Counted from the first letter of the stretch, positions 48,099-58,123 are shown. The stretch: 64,000 bases of DNA from Candidatus Doudnabacteria bacterium (GCA_031291995.1 JARLHZ010000025.1:156266-220265); one strand, 5' to 3'. Notes: generated from the letters alone by a model not told the origin. Translations and numbers: made by a program.

Positions 48099-51077
48099 TT
48101 ATGGCAAATTTATAAATTCACAGCGGTGTTCCCGTACCTTTTCGTGCTCTTCCTTAAATAGGTCAAATTTAACGGTATTGGTCACCCGGTCAATTATCGC
48201 CAGAAGCCTGCTTTTTAATTCGCCGATTTGCTCTTTGTTCGCGGATTGTTCCGGCAAGAATTTTCCAGCCTGCAGGTACCAATAGCAAAGTTTGCCGACT
48301 TTTTCACCAAGAAATTCTTCGGCCGCCCACTGGTAAATATGAAGCTGATCCAAATCATTCTTTTCATTTTTAGACGGGATTTTCTCGCTGGTTTTATAAT
48401 CGATAATCTCCAAGCCCGCGTCCGTTATGTCCGCCCGGTCGATTTTTCCGGTAAATTTATAATCGCCGAGCGGAAGGTAAAAAGATTTTTCAAGAAACTT
48501 GGGATTACAAGGGTGAATTTTGGTGTAATCGTAAAAATCCCTAATCAGCCGGAGCCCCCGTTTTTTGTAATCTTCTTTTTGCTTTTTATCGGCATACCAT
48601 TCGTCTATCCAGTTTTGCTCGTAAAGGTCTTCCAGAAATTTTAACCCGCCAAGTTCCGGTACGGACGAAGTTTTGGCAAACAAATCCTGTTGAGCCTGAT
48701 TTTTTCTGGCTTGGTAGTCTTTTAAATATAACTCAAAAACTTTGTGTATGGTCTGTCCAAAACTAAAATAGGGGCTGCCCGGCGAAGGAAGCTTTAAATA
48801 GTATTGGTATTTGTATTGCAGCGGACAAGTCTCAAATGTTTTTAAGGCGGAAAAAGAAAAGGTTTTCGGCAGGTTTTGATACACAACATCTTTTTTAGAA
48901 CTATTGCTAAAAAAGACTTTCCCGGTCGCCTGGCTGGCTACCGGCCCTGGTACCAATTTGGTTTCCTGCAAAAAGACCGACGGCTTTTTGGTTTTGGCCC
49001 CGCCGTAATCCTTGGCCCAGGAAATGTAGAGATGGCTTTTGGCCCGGGTTAAAGCCACATAAAACAGGCGCCTCTCCTCCTGCAAGTGAAAATCTCCCTC
49101 GGGCAATATGTCTTTTATTAATGCGGTCGGGATAGCAATTTGTTCGCCTCGGGCGCGAGTCGGGAAACGTTGGTCAACCATATTCGGAATAAAAACATAT
49201 TCAAATTCCAGACCCTTGGCGGAGTGCACCGTTAAAAGTTTGAGGCTTTCGGGTCCAAGATTTGGATCAAATTTAATTTGTCCTTCGTCACCGGCTTCGG
49301 TTTCCAAATTAAGCAAAAACAAAAAGTTGTGCAGGGATTTATCCGAGTTTTCGGCCACAAATACCTCCATTTTCTTATAGAACTGCTCCAGTAATTCTCG
49401 ATTTTCCGCATTTTCAAGAGTGTCGGAATCTAAAGTCGACTCCAATTTTAAATCGCGGATGATTTCCACAAAGGCTTCGTTGGCGGATTTTTCCAAAGCT
49501 AATTTGGCGTGGCGGTCGAGCAGTAAGGCAATATTAGCGATGGTTTTTTGGCTGGCCTGGCCGATGGTAGACAATGCCGGCGCTCCCAGCAGCATCTCGT
49601 AAAGAGAAAGAGTTTTTTTAACCGAATTAGCCATTAAAGACGCCAAATCCTGGGGAGGAATGGAAAATTGCTTAAAACTCAGCACGCGATAAAGCGCCAG
49701 GGAATCGTGAAAATTATCCAGGGTCGACATGTAAGCAATTAAATCCGCGATGAAAGGTTTTTTATAAAGGCCGGTGTTGGCTACAAAGGTATGGGGGATG
49801 CCGTGCTGCGATAAAATTGGCAAAAGTTCCTGCGCGGCCGAGTTACTCCGGAGCAAAATCGCGAAATCATTCCAGGTACTTTTGGGGTATTTATTTTTAA
49901 GTTCGTTGATTCTTTTGGCAACGAAGCTAAGCTCTTCGCTTAAATCTTTGCCCTCTAAAACTTCAATCGTACATTTAACCGCGCTCTGACTTTTCAGTTT
50001 TTTGTTGATTTTTAATTTTTCTTCCAGACGATCGGGGTTGTTGGCCTGGATAAAATTGTATGCCAAATCCAAAATTTCCTGTCCGCTGCGGTAATTTTCC
50101 ACCAGGGTAATTTGTTTTAATTCCGGAAAATCTCCCTGGAATTGTAATATATTGCTGACGCTCGCGCCTCGAAATTTGTAAATCGATTGGTCGTCGTCCC
50201 CGACCACCGCTAAATTTCGGGTTTTGCCGGCGAGAATTTTTATAAGCTCGTACTGGGCATAGTTGGTATCCTGAAATTCGTCCACCAAAACGTATTTGAA
50301 CTTATTTTGATAGAGCTGTAATATTTTAGGACGCTTGTTAAATAATTGATACGCGCTATTAATCAAGTCTCCAAAATCCAAATAGTTGTTGTCCAGCAAC
50401 AATTTTTGATAGACATGAAAAGCATTGGCAATTTCCTCAATGCGCGAAATTTCAACCTCGTCTGCTTCAGGATCCTCAGTTAATGAAGCACCCTTGGTTG
50501 TTTTTGACTTAGCCCTTAACCCTGCCCCCTTAGCCCTATTAGGCAAATCGGTTCTCAGCCTTAACTCCTCGGCATAAGCCAAATAATCCCGGGGCGTAAT
50601 TAATTCGTCCTTGCAGCGGGAAAAATGTTTTACGAGAGAACTGATAAACTTATTCGGATTTCCCAGAGGCCGGTAGTAATCAAGCTTGAATTTATCCAGA
50701 TTATTATGGACTAAAATCCAGGCGCCGGTTTCGTTTAGCAGTTTAAAATCCGCCGGCAGTCCGACGTCCAGCCCATGCTGTTGCAAAATCCGCTGACAAA
50801 AACTGTGGAAAGTGGAAATCCACATGTCGTGGTAGCCCAAAGGCAAAAGCAAATCCAACCTGTCCTGCATTTCCCCCGCGGCTTTGTCGGTAAAAGTTAG
50901 AGCCAGAATTTCATCAGGTTTTGCCAAATTTTGTTCTATCAAATAGGCAATCCTTCTGGTTATTACGGTTGTCTTGCCGGTACCGGCCCCGGCCACAATT
51001 AAAAGCGGTCCGGCTCCATGCGTGACCGCCGCGATTTGTTCCTTATTTAAATTTTCGAGTAATTTACTCGGTTCCAT
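48099..51077 (-). CDS. UvrD/PcrA-like helicase fused to a C-terminal PD-(D/E)XK nuclease
   Basis: AGAGTGKT, VDEFQD, TVHSAKGLEF, EERRLFYVA; then SFSALKTFETCP, GKIDRAD..IIDYKT. Confidence 0.93.
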   Translation of the reverse strand: MEPSKLLENLNKEQIAAVTHGAGPLLIVAGAGTGKTTVITRRIAYLIEQNLAKPDEILALTFTDKAAGEMQDRLDLLLPLGYHDMWISTFHSFCQRILQQHGLDVGLPADFKLLNETGAWILVHNNLDKFKLDYYRPLGNPNKFISSLVKHFSRCKDELITPRDYLAYAEELRLRTDLPNRAKGAGLRAKSKTTKGASLTEDPEADEVEISRIEEIANAFHVYQKLLLDNNYLDFGDLINSAYQLFNKRPKILQLYQNKFKYVLVDEFQDTNYAQYELIKILAGKTRNLAVVGDDDQSIYKFRGASVSNILQFQGDFPELKQITLVENYRSGQEILDLAYNFIQANNPDRLEEKLKINKKLKSQSAVKCTIEVLEGKDLSEELSFVAKRINELKNKYPKSTWNDFAILLRSNSAAQELLPILSQHGIPHTFVANTGLYKKPFIADLIAYMSTLDNFHDSLALYRVLSFKQFSIPPQDLASLMANSVKKTLSLYEMLLGAPALSTIGQASQKTIANIALLLDRHAKLALEKSANEAFVEIIRDLKLESTLDSDTLENAENRELLEQFYKKMEVFVAENSDKSLHNFLFLLNLETEAGDEGQIKFDPNLGPESLKLLTVHSAKGLEFEYVFIPNMVDQRFPTRARGEQIAIPTALIKDILPEGDFHLQEERRLFYVALTRAKSHLYISWAKDYGGAKTKKPSVFLQETKLVPGPVASQATGKVFFSNSSKKDVVYQNLPKTFSFSALKTFETCPLQYKYQYYLKLPSPGSPYFSFGQTIHKVFELYLKDYQARKNQAQQDLFAKTSSVPELGGLKFLEDLYEQNWIDEWYADKKQKEDYKKRGLRLIRDFYDYTKIHPCNPKFLEKSFYLPLGDYKFTGKIDRADITDAGLEIIDYKTSEKIPSKNEKNDLDQLHIYQWAAEEFLGEKVGKLCYWYLQAGKFLPEQSANKEQIGELKSRLLAIIDRVTNTVKFDLFKEEHEKVREHRCEFINLP

Positions 51078-51080
51078 GCT

Positions 51081-51530
51081 TTATGTTTTATGTTTGGTGA
51101 TGTAACCCGTCCACTGTTTCCATAAGTCCATACCCTCATCTTTGTATTCCGCCCAAAATTGCGAAGGGTTGACTATTTTAACCTCCTGATATTTTTCAAG
51201 CGAAAGCAAATCATTGTCCGAAGTTATCAGGTAATCCGCTCCCGCCTCAATGGCGCTTTCGAGTATTTTATTGTCTTCCGGGTCGGACACCACGCGGACT
51301 TGACGGCGATTAACCACCCAATTTACCACGGTATAAAAATTGTCCAGTTGGTTTTTGTATTCGTCATTGTTGATCAACCGGCCGCTTATTAATTTATTTT
51401 CCTGAAGTGTCTGCCGGTTGGCAAAAGCCGCAATCTCCCCGGCGATTACGGCGTCAATAATCTTTTTTTCAAAAGAGTATTCATCTCTAAATCCGTTAAT
51501 TAAAACGTTGGTATCAAGTACAATTTTCAT
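51081..51530 (-). CDS. PIN-domain protein
   Basis: MKIVLDTNVLI, DPEDNKILESA, LITSDNDLL. Confidence 0.9.
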   Translation of the reverse strand: MKIVLDTNVLINGFRDEYSFEKKIIDAVIAGEIAAFANRQTLQENKLISGRLINNDEYKNQLDNFYTVVNWVVNRRQVRVVSDPEDNKILESAIEAGADYLITSDNDLLSLEKYQEVKIVNPSQFWAEYKDEGMDLWKQWTGYITKHKT

Positions 51531-51574
51531 TAAAATAAATTAACCGGCCTTAACCATATTTAAATTGTTGCTCT

Positions 51575-51919
51575 TCATAAAAACAGTAAATAAGACTTTA
51601 GCCCGGAATTTTTAACCCGAACTTTTCCGGCCTTGCGCAAAGTATTTATCAAGACCCGTAATTCGGAAAATTCCAATGACCTTGAAGTTTTAATTTCAGA
51701 TATCGGAACCATACCCGGGTTGTTCATTTTCATAAAGGAAAATTCTTCCAAAATTTCCGGTGAAAGTCCGCCTGACTCAATCGCAACGCCTTTTGGTTTT
51801 ACCGGCTCAGACTCTGTGGATTCGCTGGCAATATTATCCGCCAATTTTCTAAAATTAACCTGATCGGGATCGTCCCTGTGATATTCGGAGAGCTTGCTTT
51901 TTTTATATATTTCTTCCAT
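51575..51919 (-). CDS. Hypothetical protein, possible C-terminal winged helix
   Basis: 114 aa ORF co-oriented with neighbours; LINTLRKAGKV. Confidence 0.6.
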   Translation of the reverse strand: MEEIYKKSKLSEYHRDDPDQVNFRKLADNIASESTESEPVKPKGVAIESGGLSPEILEEFSFMKMNNPGMVPISEIKTSRSLEFSELRVLINTLRKAGKVRVKNSGLKSYLLFL

Positions 51920-51933
51920 AAATTTTGATTGGA

Positions 51934-52452
51934 TTATTTTCTGCCGGTTTTAATAGGCATTAAAAATTTACGGGGGTTTTCATCTAAATCGATGAAATAA
52001 TCGGTCAGCAGTTTAATTTTTCCGCTGCATGATTTTCCAAAGGCCAGAGTTTCGGTAAACTGGCCGGACATTTGCAGATATTCCAACAGCGGGGCGTAAT
52101 CGCCGTCGCCGCTGGCCAACACGACAACGTCCAGCTTATTCATCAGCTTAACAATGTCCATGGCAATACCCACGTCCCAATCCCCTTTTTGATGCCCGCC
52201 GGCAAAGGTTTGTAATTCTTTAATTTTCACCTCGAACCCCGCTTTTTCCAGAGCCTCAAAAAAAGTATGCTCTTCGGGCATGTCGGCTTTAACCACGTAG
52301 GCAATGGCGCGAATAAGCTTTCTCCCGGCCACGGCCGCTTCCAAAACCTCGTTAAATTTTACTCTCGCGTTATACATATTGCGCGCGGAATAGTACAAAT
52401 TTTGTATATCCACGAACACGCCAACTCTTTGATCCGGATTTCTTATTGACAT
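51934..52452 (-). CDS. NYN (LabA/DUF88) domain protein
   Basis: VFVDIQNLY, KGDWDVGIAMD, SGDGDY. Confidence 0.92.
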   Translation of the reverse strand: MSIRNPDQRVGVFVDIQNLYYSARNMYNARVKFNEVLEAAVAGRKLIRAIAYVVKADMPEEHTFFEALEKAGFEVKIKELQTFAGGHQKGDWDVGIAMDIVKLMNKLDVVVLASGDGDYAPLLEYLQMSGQFTETLAFGKSCSGKIKLLTDYFIDLDENPRKFLMPIKTGRK

Positions 52453-52476
52453 AAGTTTGTCTTTCGTTTAAGTTTG

Positions 52477-53496
52477 CTATTCCAATAATTTTTGCTGCTC
52501 GATGGCTTTGGCGTCATCAAGTTTTAACGAGGAAGCGTTTGTTATGCTTGTTTTAAGTTTGGCGAAATCGTTAGTTACGGTGCCCATGGTATTGCCCGCA
52601 TTCTTGATATGATTGCCTAAGACATCCAGGTTGCGGCCGAATTTGTCGGACTCTTGCTTAATGCCGGCAATCATCGCCAAAATTTGCTGGGCGGCTTCAT
52701 TAACTTTTTGGCCACGAAGCGAAAGTAAAATTATTTGTAGATGATGATACAAAGTGTTCGGGCTGACAAAATATACCTTTTTTTCGCGGCCGTAGCCTAA
52801 GGTAGCGGTATCATCCAGCACTTCGCTGAACACCCCTTCGCTCGGAATATACATGAGCGCGAAATCAAAGGTATTTTCCTGGGGCAAAATATATTTTTTG
52901 TGAATTTCGTCGGTGCGCTTTTTAACGTCCTTTAAAAAAGTTTTCTTTAAAGCCTCCTTGGCTTCGTCGGTCGTGGCTTCCTTATATAAGCGGAAGTTTT
53001 CCATACTGAATTTGCTGTCGATTGGCAGAATTTTATCGCCAACAAAAATTATGGCGTCCACGACTTCTCCATTTTTAAATTTGTACTGGATTTGGTAACC
53101 GCTCTTAGGCAACGCTTGTGACAACATGTTTTCCAGCATTTCTTCACCAAAGTTCCCCCGTAATTTGGGCGATGCCAAAGTCTCGGTTAGGCGACGAATA
53201 TCCGGCCCGACTTGTGAGATGCCGCCCAACTCTTTAGTTAAAGCCGCAATGACACGCCCGGCATTATCCAGGCGTTCATTAATGGCCTTATTTGTTTCGT
53301 CAATGGATTTTTGCATGCCGACTCTTGTCTGGTCAGTGCCCTGCTTAATCTCCTTCATCCATTCCATCATTACTTTCATGCCCTGGTCATCGGCCGGTTT
53401 TTGAGCCTGTTTTTTTAAATCGAGAATAAAATAAAGGATTACTCCGATACTAACTAACAAAAGCCCAAAAATCGGGTACAAAAGTTCAGTATTCAT
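52477..53496 (-). CDS. rmuC: DNA recombination protein RmuC
   Basis: N-terminal TM and coiled coil, RGNFGE, PIDSKF, DFALMYIPSE. Confidence 0.92.
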   Translation of the reverse strand: MNTELLYPIFGLLLVSIGVILYFILDLKKQAQKPADDQGMKVMMEWMKEIKQGTDQTRVGMQKSIDETNKAINERLDNAGRVIAALTKELGGISQVGPDIRRLTETLASPKLRGNFGEEMLENMLSQALPKSGYQIQYKFKNGEVVDAIIFVGDKILPIDSKFSMENFRLYKEATTDEAKEALKKTFLKDVKKRTDEIHKKYILPQENTFDFALMYIPSEGVFSEVLDDTATLGYGREKKVYFVSPNTLYHHLQIILLSLRGQKVNEAAQQILAMIAGIKQESDKFGRNLDVLGNHIKNAGNTMGTVTNDFAKLKTSITNASSLKLDDAKAIEQQKLLE

Positions 53497-53658
53497 GTAA
53501 TTATTTTACCATAATAACAGTTAATCGCAAAACTTATAAAAATTTAACTGGTGGCATGTGCATAACTTAATTTACAATAAGGACTGCACTTATTATACTT
53601 ATTTTATAAAAGAGAGCCCAGAGCTAAATTAAATATTTTCGGCAGATTATTGAAGAAA

Positions 53659-54102
53659 ATGAAAATATTGAGGCCAAAAAACCAAAAAGGATTTACTTTA
53701 ATTGAATTATTAGTTGTGATTGCAATTATCGGACTTTTAGCGTCCGTAGTTTTAGTTGCGTTAAACGGAGCAAGAGCCAAATCCAGGGATGCCAAGCGAA
53801 TTGCGGATATAAGGCAGATGGCTTCGGCTATGGAGCTGTTCTATAACGATAATAACTCTTATCCGAGCTACACTAATTATTTGGTGCCAAACTACATTGG
53901 TGTTTGGCCAACTGCACCAACGCCTATTGACCCGCCTTGTACGACCGGGGTTAACAGTAACAACAGTTATACTTTATATCCCGGCTATAATGGAGGCGGT
54001 ACGCCCTCTTCTTCAACCTACGCGATAGTTTTCTGTGTAGGCAACATAACAGGGCAATACAAAGCGGGCCAGCACACGTTAACTCAGGGCGGAATTCAGT
54101 AA
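53659..54102 (+). CDS. Type IV pilin
   Basis: KG|FTLIELLVVIAIIGLLA prepilin cleavage motif; RDAKRIAD. Confidence 0.93.
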   Translation: MKILRPKNQKGFTLIELLVVIAIIGLLASVVLVALNGARAKSRDAKRIADIRQMASAMELFYNDNNSYPSYTNYLVPNYIGVWPTAPTPIDPPCTTGVNSNNSYTLYPGYNGGGTPSSSTYAIVFCVGNITGQYKAGQHTLTQGGIQ

Positions 54103-54193
54103 TCCTTAATAAAAACAGTATTTAACTAACCCTGCAAATAGCGGGGTTTTTAGTTGCATAATTTATCAGTTTAATCTATAATAACCAAGTTAT

Positions 54194-54269
54194 CGCGGGA
54201 TAGAGCAATTGGCAGCTCGCAAGGCTCATAACCTTGAGGTTCCCGGTTCGAGTCCGGGTCCCGCAACCA
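54194..54269 (+). tRNA. tRNA-fMet (CAT), initiator
   Basis: Cloverleaf, C1:A72 mismatch, CAT anticodon, encoded CCA. Confidence 0.95.
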
Positions 54270-54393
54270 AGCTAATTTTTGATTCATTTGATGGAAAATT
54301 AACTTGGTTTAAAACCTAAAATCCTAAAATCGTGACAGATTTTAAAGCTTTCTGTCGAAAGTTTTTTTATTTAAGATACCGCAGGTTTTTGTT

Positions 54394-54470
54394 GCCGGGG
54401 TAGCTCAGTTAGTTAGAGCGTGGGACTCATAAGCCCAAGGTCAGAGGTGCAATTCCTCTCCTCGGCACCA
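54394..54470 (+). tRNA. tRNA with CAT anticodon (elongator Met, or Ile2)
   Basis: GCCGGGGTAGCTCAG...CTCATAA...CTCGGCACCA; T-loop reads TGCAATT. Confidence 0.9.
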
Positions 54471-54594
54471 CTCGACTCGCTTTGGCTTGCGCCAATACTC
54501 GCTCGTGGTTTCGGCTATTGGGAAGCCTCAACCACCAATTTAATTCGAAGCGACCCGAGTGGTGTCATCTTATACCACTAAATATTAAAAATAT

Positions 54595-54671
54595 GGGACC
54601 GTAGCTCAATTGGTTAGAGCACTCGCCTGTCACGCGAGAGGTTACGGGTTCGAGCCCCGCCGGTCCCGCCA
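54595..54671 (+). tRNA. tRNA-Asp (GTC)
   Basis: GGGACCGTAGCTCA...CTGTCAC...GGTTCGAG...GGTCCCGCCA. Confidence 0.96.
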
Positions 54672-54759
54672 CACTTCCATGTTCGAACTTGCAAAATTCC
54701 AAAGGAATTTGATAATTTTGTTCAAATTTATTGAGAATTTGCAATTCGAAGACGGAAGC

Positions 54760-54787
54760 TTGACAAAAGTCATGCGTCTGATAGTAT
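54760..54787 (+). promoter_or_regulatory. Sigma70-type promoter upstream of the hairpin RNA and NYN gene
   Basis: TTGACA (54760) then TAGTAT (54782), 16 nt spacer. Confidence 0.6.
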
Positions 54788-54793
54788 ATAAGT

Positions 54794-54834
54794 ACAAACG
54801 CCCCACCCAGCCGCAAGGTCCGGTGGGGTTTTGT
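54794..54834 (+). ncRNA. Hairpin RNA/leader with GNRA cap upstream of the NYN RNase gene
   Basis: ACAAACGCCCCACC-CAG-CC(GCAA)GG-TCC-GGTGGGGTTTTGT. Confidence 0.5.
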
Positions 54835-54848
54835 GTTATAATTAAGCC

Positions 54849-55439
54849 ATGAGGACAATACTTTACATCGACGGCAGGAACACGCTCGGTAAAATGGCCG
54901 CTATTTTTGCATCTGTAGGCAAACCCGTTCCCGCTTGGCATACTTACAACTTTAAAGGTTTATTGGCCAAGGTTTTGGAAGGAATTACCATTGACGAAAT
55001 GGTATTTTATTTTGCCAAAATTAAAGAACATCCCGACACAAAAGAAAAGTCACAAGCCTTAATCCAAGCTCGGCGTTTACTAAAAACCGCATTGGAAAAA
55101 CAAGGCTTCAAAGTTATTCTGGCTGGCGTTGTCCGTGGCAACATTACGAAGGATGCCAGAGGCAAGGAAATTTTAGTCTTTAAGGAAAAAGGTGTGGACG
55201 TAAGTATTGCCGTGGATATGGTAGTCGCTGCCTGCGACGGCAATGTTAAAACCGCAGTCCTTGTCAGTTCCGATTCCGACTTACAGCCAGCCATTCGGGA
55301 AATAACGAAACGAAACGTGGAAAGCATTTACCTCGGCTTTGAGCTACAGCCAAACAAAGGTTTAACCGCAACCACGAGGCGAACAATTTTAATTCGTAAT
55401 TCCGAAGTTTTGGCTTATGTTGAGCCGAGGCTGCTTTAA
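54849..55439 (+). CDS. NYN domain ribonuclease (second, accessory copy)
   Basis: LYIDGRN, EKGVDVSIAVD, SSDSDL. Confidence 0.9.
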   Translation: MRTILYIDGRNTLGKMAAIFASVGKPVPAWHTYNFKGLLAKVLEGITIDEMVFYFAKIKEHPDTKEKSQALIQARRLLKTALEKQGFKVILAGVVRGNITKDARGKEILVFKEKGVDVSIAVDMVVAACDGNVKTAVLVSSDSDLQPAIREITKRNVESIYLGFELQPNKGLTATTRRTILIRNSEVLAYVEPRLL

Positions 55440-55443
55440 CAAA

Positions 55444-56142
55444 ATGAAAACTATAGCAATTGTCGGAGAATTTACAGAGGATTCAAAATCACAAGTGTTT
55501 TTGAATCAGGCACTAAGCGATATTAAAAAAAGATACGGCTATGATTTTGGTTTTGAATGGGTTAATACAGCAAAGGTTGAAGCGAAAAAAGAAAATTTGT
55601 TAAAAAATTATTCGGGGATATGGAGTGCACCTGGCGGTAAATTTAATAGTTTAGAGGGTGCTTTGCTGGCTATTAGATATGCAAGGGAAAACAACATTCC
55701 CCATTTAGGGACCTGCGGCGGTTTCCAGCTTACGATTTTAGAATTTGCCCGAAATGTTTTGGGTATTAAGGATGCTCAACACGAAGAATATGACCCAAAC
55801 GCTTCAACCTTATTTATTACAAAACTGGCTTGCTCATTGGCTGGCCAACGGCTAAAAATTACGGTCAAAAAAGATACCAGAGCCTTTGCTAGCTACAATA
55901 AAACCGAGGTTGAGGAAGATTATTATTGTAGCTTTGGGATTAACCCAGCCTTTAGAGAGCAACTAAATCGTCCCGACTTAATAATTTCTGGCGTGGATAC
56001 AGACAACGAAATTCGCATTTTTGAGTTGCCAAAGCACAAATTTTTTATGGCAACTTTATTCGTCCCGCAAGCTAATTCTACTTTTGACCAGCCGCATCCG
56101 ATTGTTTTGGAGTTTGTAAAAACCTGTTGCAAAATACCGTGA
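55444..56142 (+). CDS. Standalone class I glutamine amidotransferase related to the CTP synthase C-terminal domain
   Basis: IRYARENNIPHLGTCGGFQ, LPKHKFFMATLFVPQ; no synthetase domain; start MKTIA. Confidence 0.85.
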   Translation: MKTIAIVGEFTEDSKSQVFLNQALSDIKKRYGYDFGFEWVNTAKVEAKKENLLKNYSGIWSAPGGKFNSLEGALLAIRYARENNIPHLGTCGGFQLTILEFARNVLGIKDAQHEEYDPNASTLFITKLACSLAGQRLKITVKKDTRAFASYNKTEVEEDYYCSFGINPAFREQLNRPDLIISGVDTDNEIRIFELPKHKFFMATLFVPQANSTFDQPHPIVLEFVKTCCKIP

Positions 56143-56154
56143 TTTGAAATTTTA

Positions 56155-57849
56155 TCACACTTTAAGTAATTCCTGCCTTAGCGAAGGACGATTTTTGTAT
56201 TTTTCGGAAAATTCTAAAACGAGCTCATCAACTTTTTCCGGGTTTCCCAGTTTTTTCATTTCACGCAAAACCCGGCAGACTTCCTGATAGGTGGCCCGCC
56301 CGCTTGGATAGCCTAAAGTTTTCCGTATTTCTTTCTCATACATTCCATACAAATCGCCCGGAAACCTTGATACCAAATGTTTGTGATATGCCTGAAGCGT
56401 TTGTAGTGAAGGATATCGCTTAATGGATGAAAGTAATTCTTCCCATAGCTCCTCGCGAATATAAAATTCGTGCATGTCAACGCGGTTCGAATCTTTTTTT
56501 AATGCCGCAACAAGCTTATGTCTTTCTTCGGGCCATTCATCTGTTGAGAAGCTCTTTTTAAAATCATTAAAATATTCCCATTTCCCCGACTCCATAAACA
56601 ACGTCCTGCTCATTGCCCTAATGGTATTAGCATCTTTCTCTATTCTCGCTATTTTATACAGCCATTCCTGCCAGTCAATCACCAAACCTAAGCGCTCCTT
56701 ATCTTGTTTAATACCTTGTTCCGCTAAAATTTTAACCTGTTGGTAGTCTTTTTTAACAAACGCCTTTTCAAGCAGTTTTGTCCGGATATTTGGATAAGTC
56801 GCGTATTGTTCCATGAATTCTTGCACTTCTTTCGACCCATCCTGTTTTTCCATAATTTGCAGCTTTATCTCCAAAGCCTTTTCTGCATCCCAGCTGTCAA
56901 TATATTTTTGGCCGGTTTCTTGTTTTTTGGATATGGATTCGAGCACTTTAAATAATTGTTCCCGACTGGGCTTGTCAGCAACTATATCCGCGGCAATGTC
57001 AAGCAAATTCCATTTCCAGTGCCAGCCTTTATGTCTCTTGTCTTGCGCTTCGTCCAACAAATAATCAAATAATTGCAGGCGTTGATTAATATCGGTCAGT
57101 TTTGTCTCGCAAATATGTAATTGCTCAATTGCAGTTTCAATGCCGCCGCTAATATCGCCATTAGAATCATCGGCGCCGTTAATAGCGTCTACCAACTCTT
57201 CTGTGATAACTTCGTAAATGGGGATTGCTTCCGCTACTTTGTTTTTTTCCACCATTTGATTCGCTTTCACAATTAAGTCATCTACCCCTCGCATGGCTTT
57301 TCCCGATCCCCAATAGTCAATAAACTCGTGCCTGTCCATACCTGCGTGTAAAGATTCCTTGACAATCTGCCGGTAGGCGGAACGACTTTCGGGAGATTCC
57401 GGCGAAACCGTCCGGGCCATTAATTCTGCCCGCATTTGTCGGTCACCTAATGCTTGCTCACGAATAAAATCGATCAGTTCGTTTACCGACATGTTACGTA
57501 ATGCCTGTTCAACTTTTTCCGCTACGGTTGGTTTCCTTTTCGCTTTGCCTTTATTAGACTTTAATTTACCGGCTGGCAATCCGGATTTCGTCAAAGCATA
57601 CAAAACAGCAACCACATGCTTGCATACCGGCCCTAAATCGTACGGACAAGTACAGAAATAATTTTTAAGGTTGTCTTTACCACTCTGGATACTCACTTCG
57701 TAAACCTCATTTCCTTCCACCAAAGCATTCCATTTACCTTCCTCAATTTCCTCCAAATCCCGTACTAAACCATCGCGCCAATATTCCTTGCCGCGTTTTA
57801 CTACTACCCCATCAATTTCTTGTTCAAAATTTCTTAAATTTATAGCCAT
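56155..57849 (-). CDS. SWIM zinc-finger protein with helical-repeat C-terminus
   Basis: RGKEY..V.G...Y.V..CTCPYDLGPVCKHVVAVL. Confidence 0.88.
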   Translation of the reverse strand: MAINLRNFEQEIDGVVVKRGKEYWRDGLVRDLEEIEEGKWNALVEGNEVYEVSIQSGKDNLKNYFCTCPYDLGPVCKHVVAVLYALTKSGLPAGKLKSNKGKAKRKPTVAEKVEQALRNMSVNELIDFIREQALGDRQMRAELMARTVSPESPESRSAYRQIVKESLHAGMDRHEFIDYWGSGKAMRGVDDLIVKANQMVEKNKVAEAIPIYEVITEELVDAINGADDSNGDISGGIETAIEQLHICETKLTDINQRLQLFDYLLDEAQDKRHKGWHWKWNLLDIAADIVADKPSREQLFKVLESISKKQETGQKYIDSWDAEKALEIKLQIMEKQDGSKEVQEFMEQYATYPNIRTKLLEKAFVKKDYQQVKILAEQGIKQDKERLGLVIDWQEWLYKIARIEKDANTIRAMSRTLFMESGKWEYFNDFKKSFSTDEWPEERHKLVAALKKDSNRVDMHEFYIREELWEELLSSIKRYPSLQTLQAYHKHLVSRFPGDLYGMYEKEIRKTLGYPSGRATYQEVCRVLREMKKLGNPEKVDELVLEFSEKYKNRPSLRQELLKV

Positions 57850-58032
57850 AATATGATATTCCTGCTTTAGCTGCCTTTATAATACCATTTGACGAGATTC
57901 CTTTAAAGCCTCTTTCGGCACCTCAAACCACTCCGGGTTTTCTTTGTAAATTATCCTCAATTTCTGTATATAGCCATCAATAGCCCAATACCAGCGGGGC
58001 TTTCGTGGTTCGAACTTCCGGAGGTCTCCACC

Positions 58033-58123
58033 GCCACACTTCGCTAAAGCTTCGTGTGGCTTTCAGCCACTCACTTGCAAGGTTTAGCGAAGTGTGTCAC
58101 CCATAGCTTAAGCGACGGGTGAC
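58033..58123. repeat. Palindromic repeat cluster upstream of the second GIY-YIG gene
   Basis: GCCACAC-TTCGCTAAAGCTTC-GTGTGGC; TTAGCGAAGTGTG; GTCACCC-ATAGCTTAAGCGAC-GGGTGAC. Confidence 0.7.

Noticed and set aside
54565-54941. ORFs 54565-54858, 54610-54852 and 54642-54941
   Set aside because: They overlap tRNA-Asp and its downstream hairpins; shadow ORFs.
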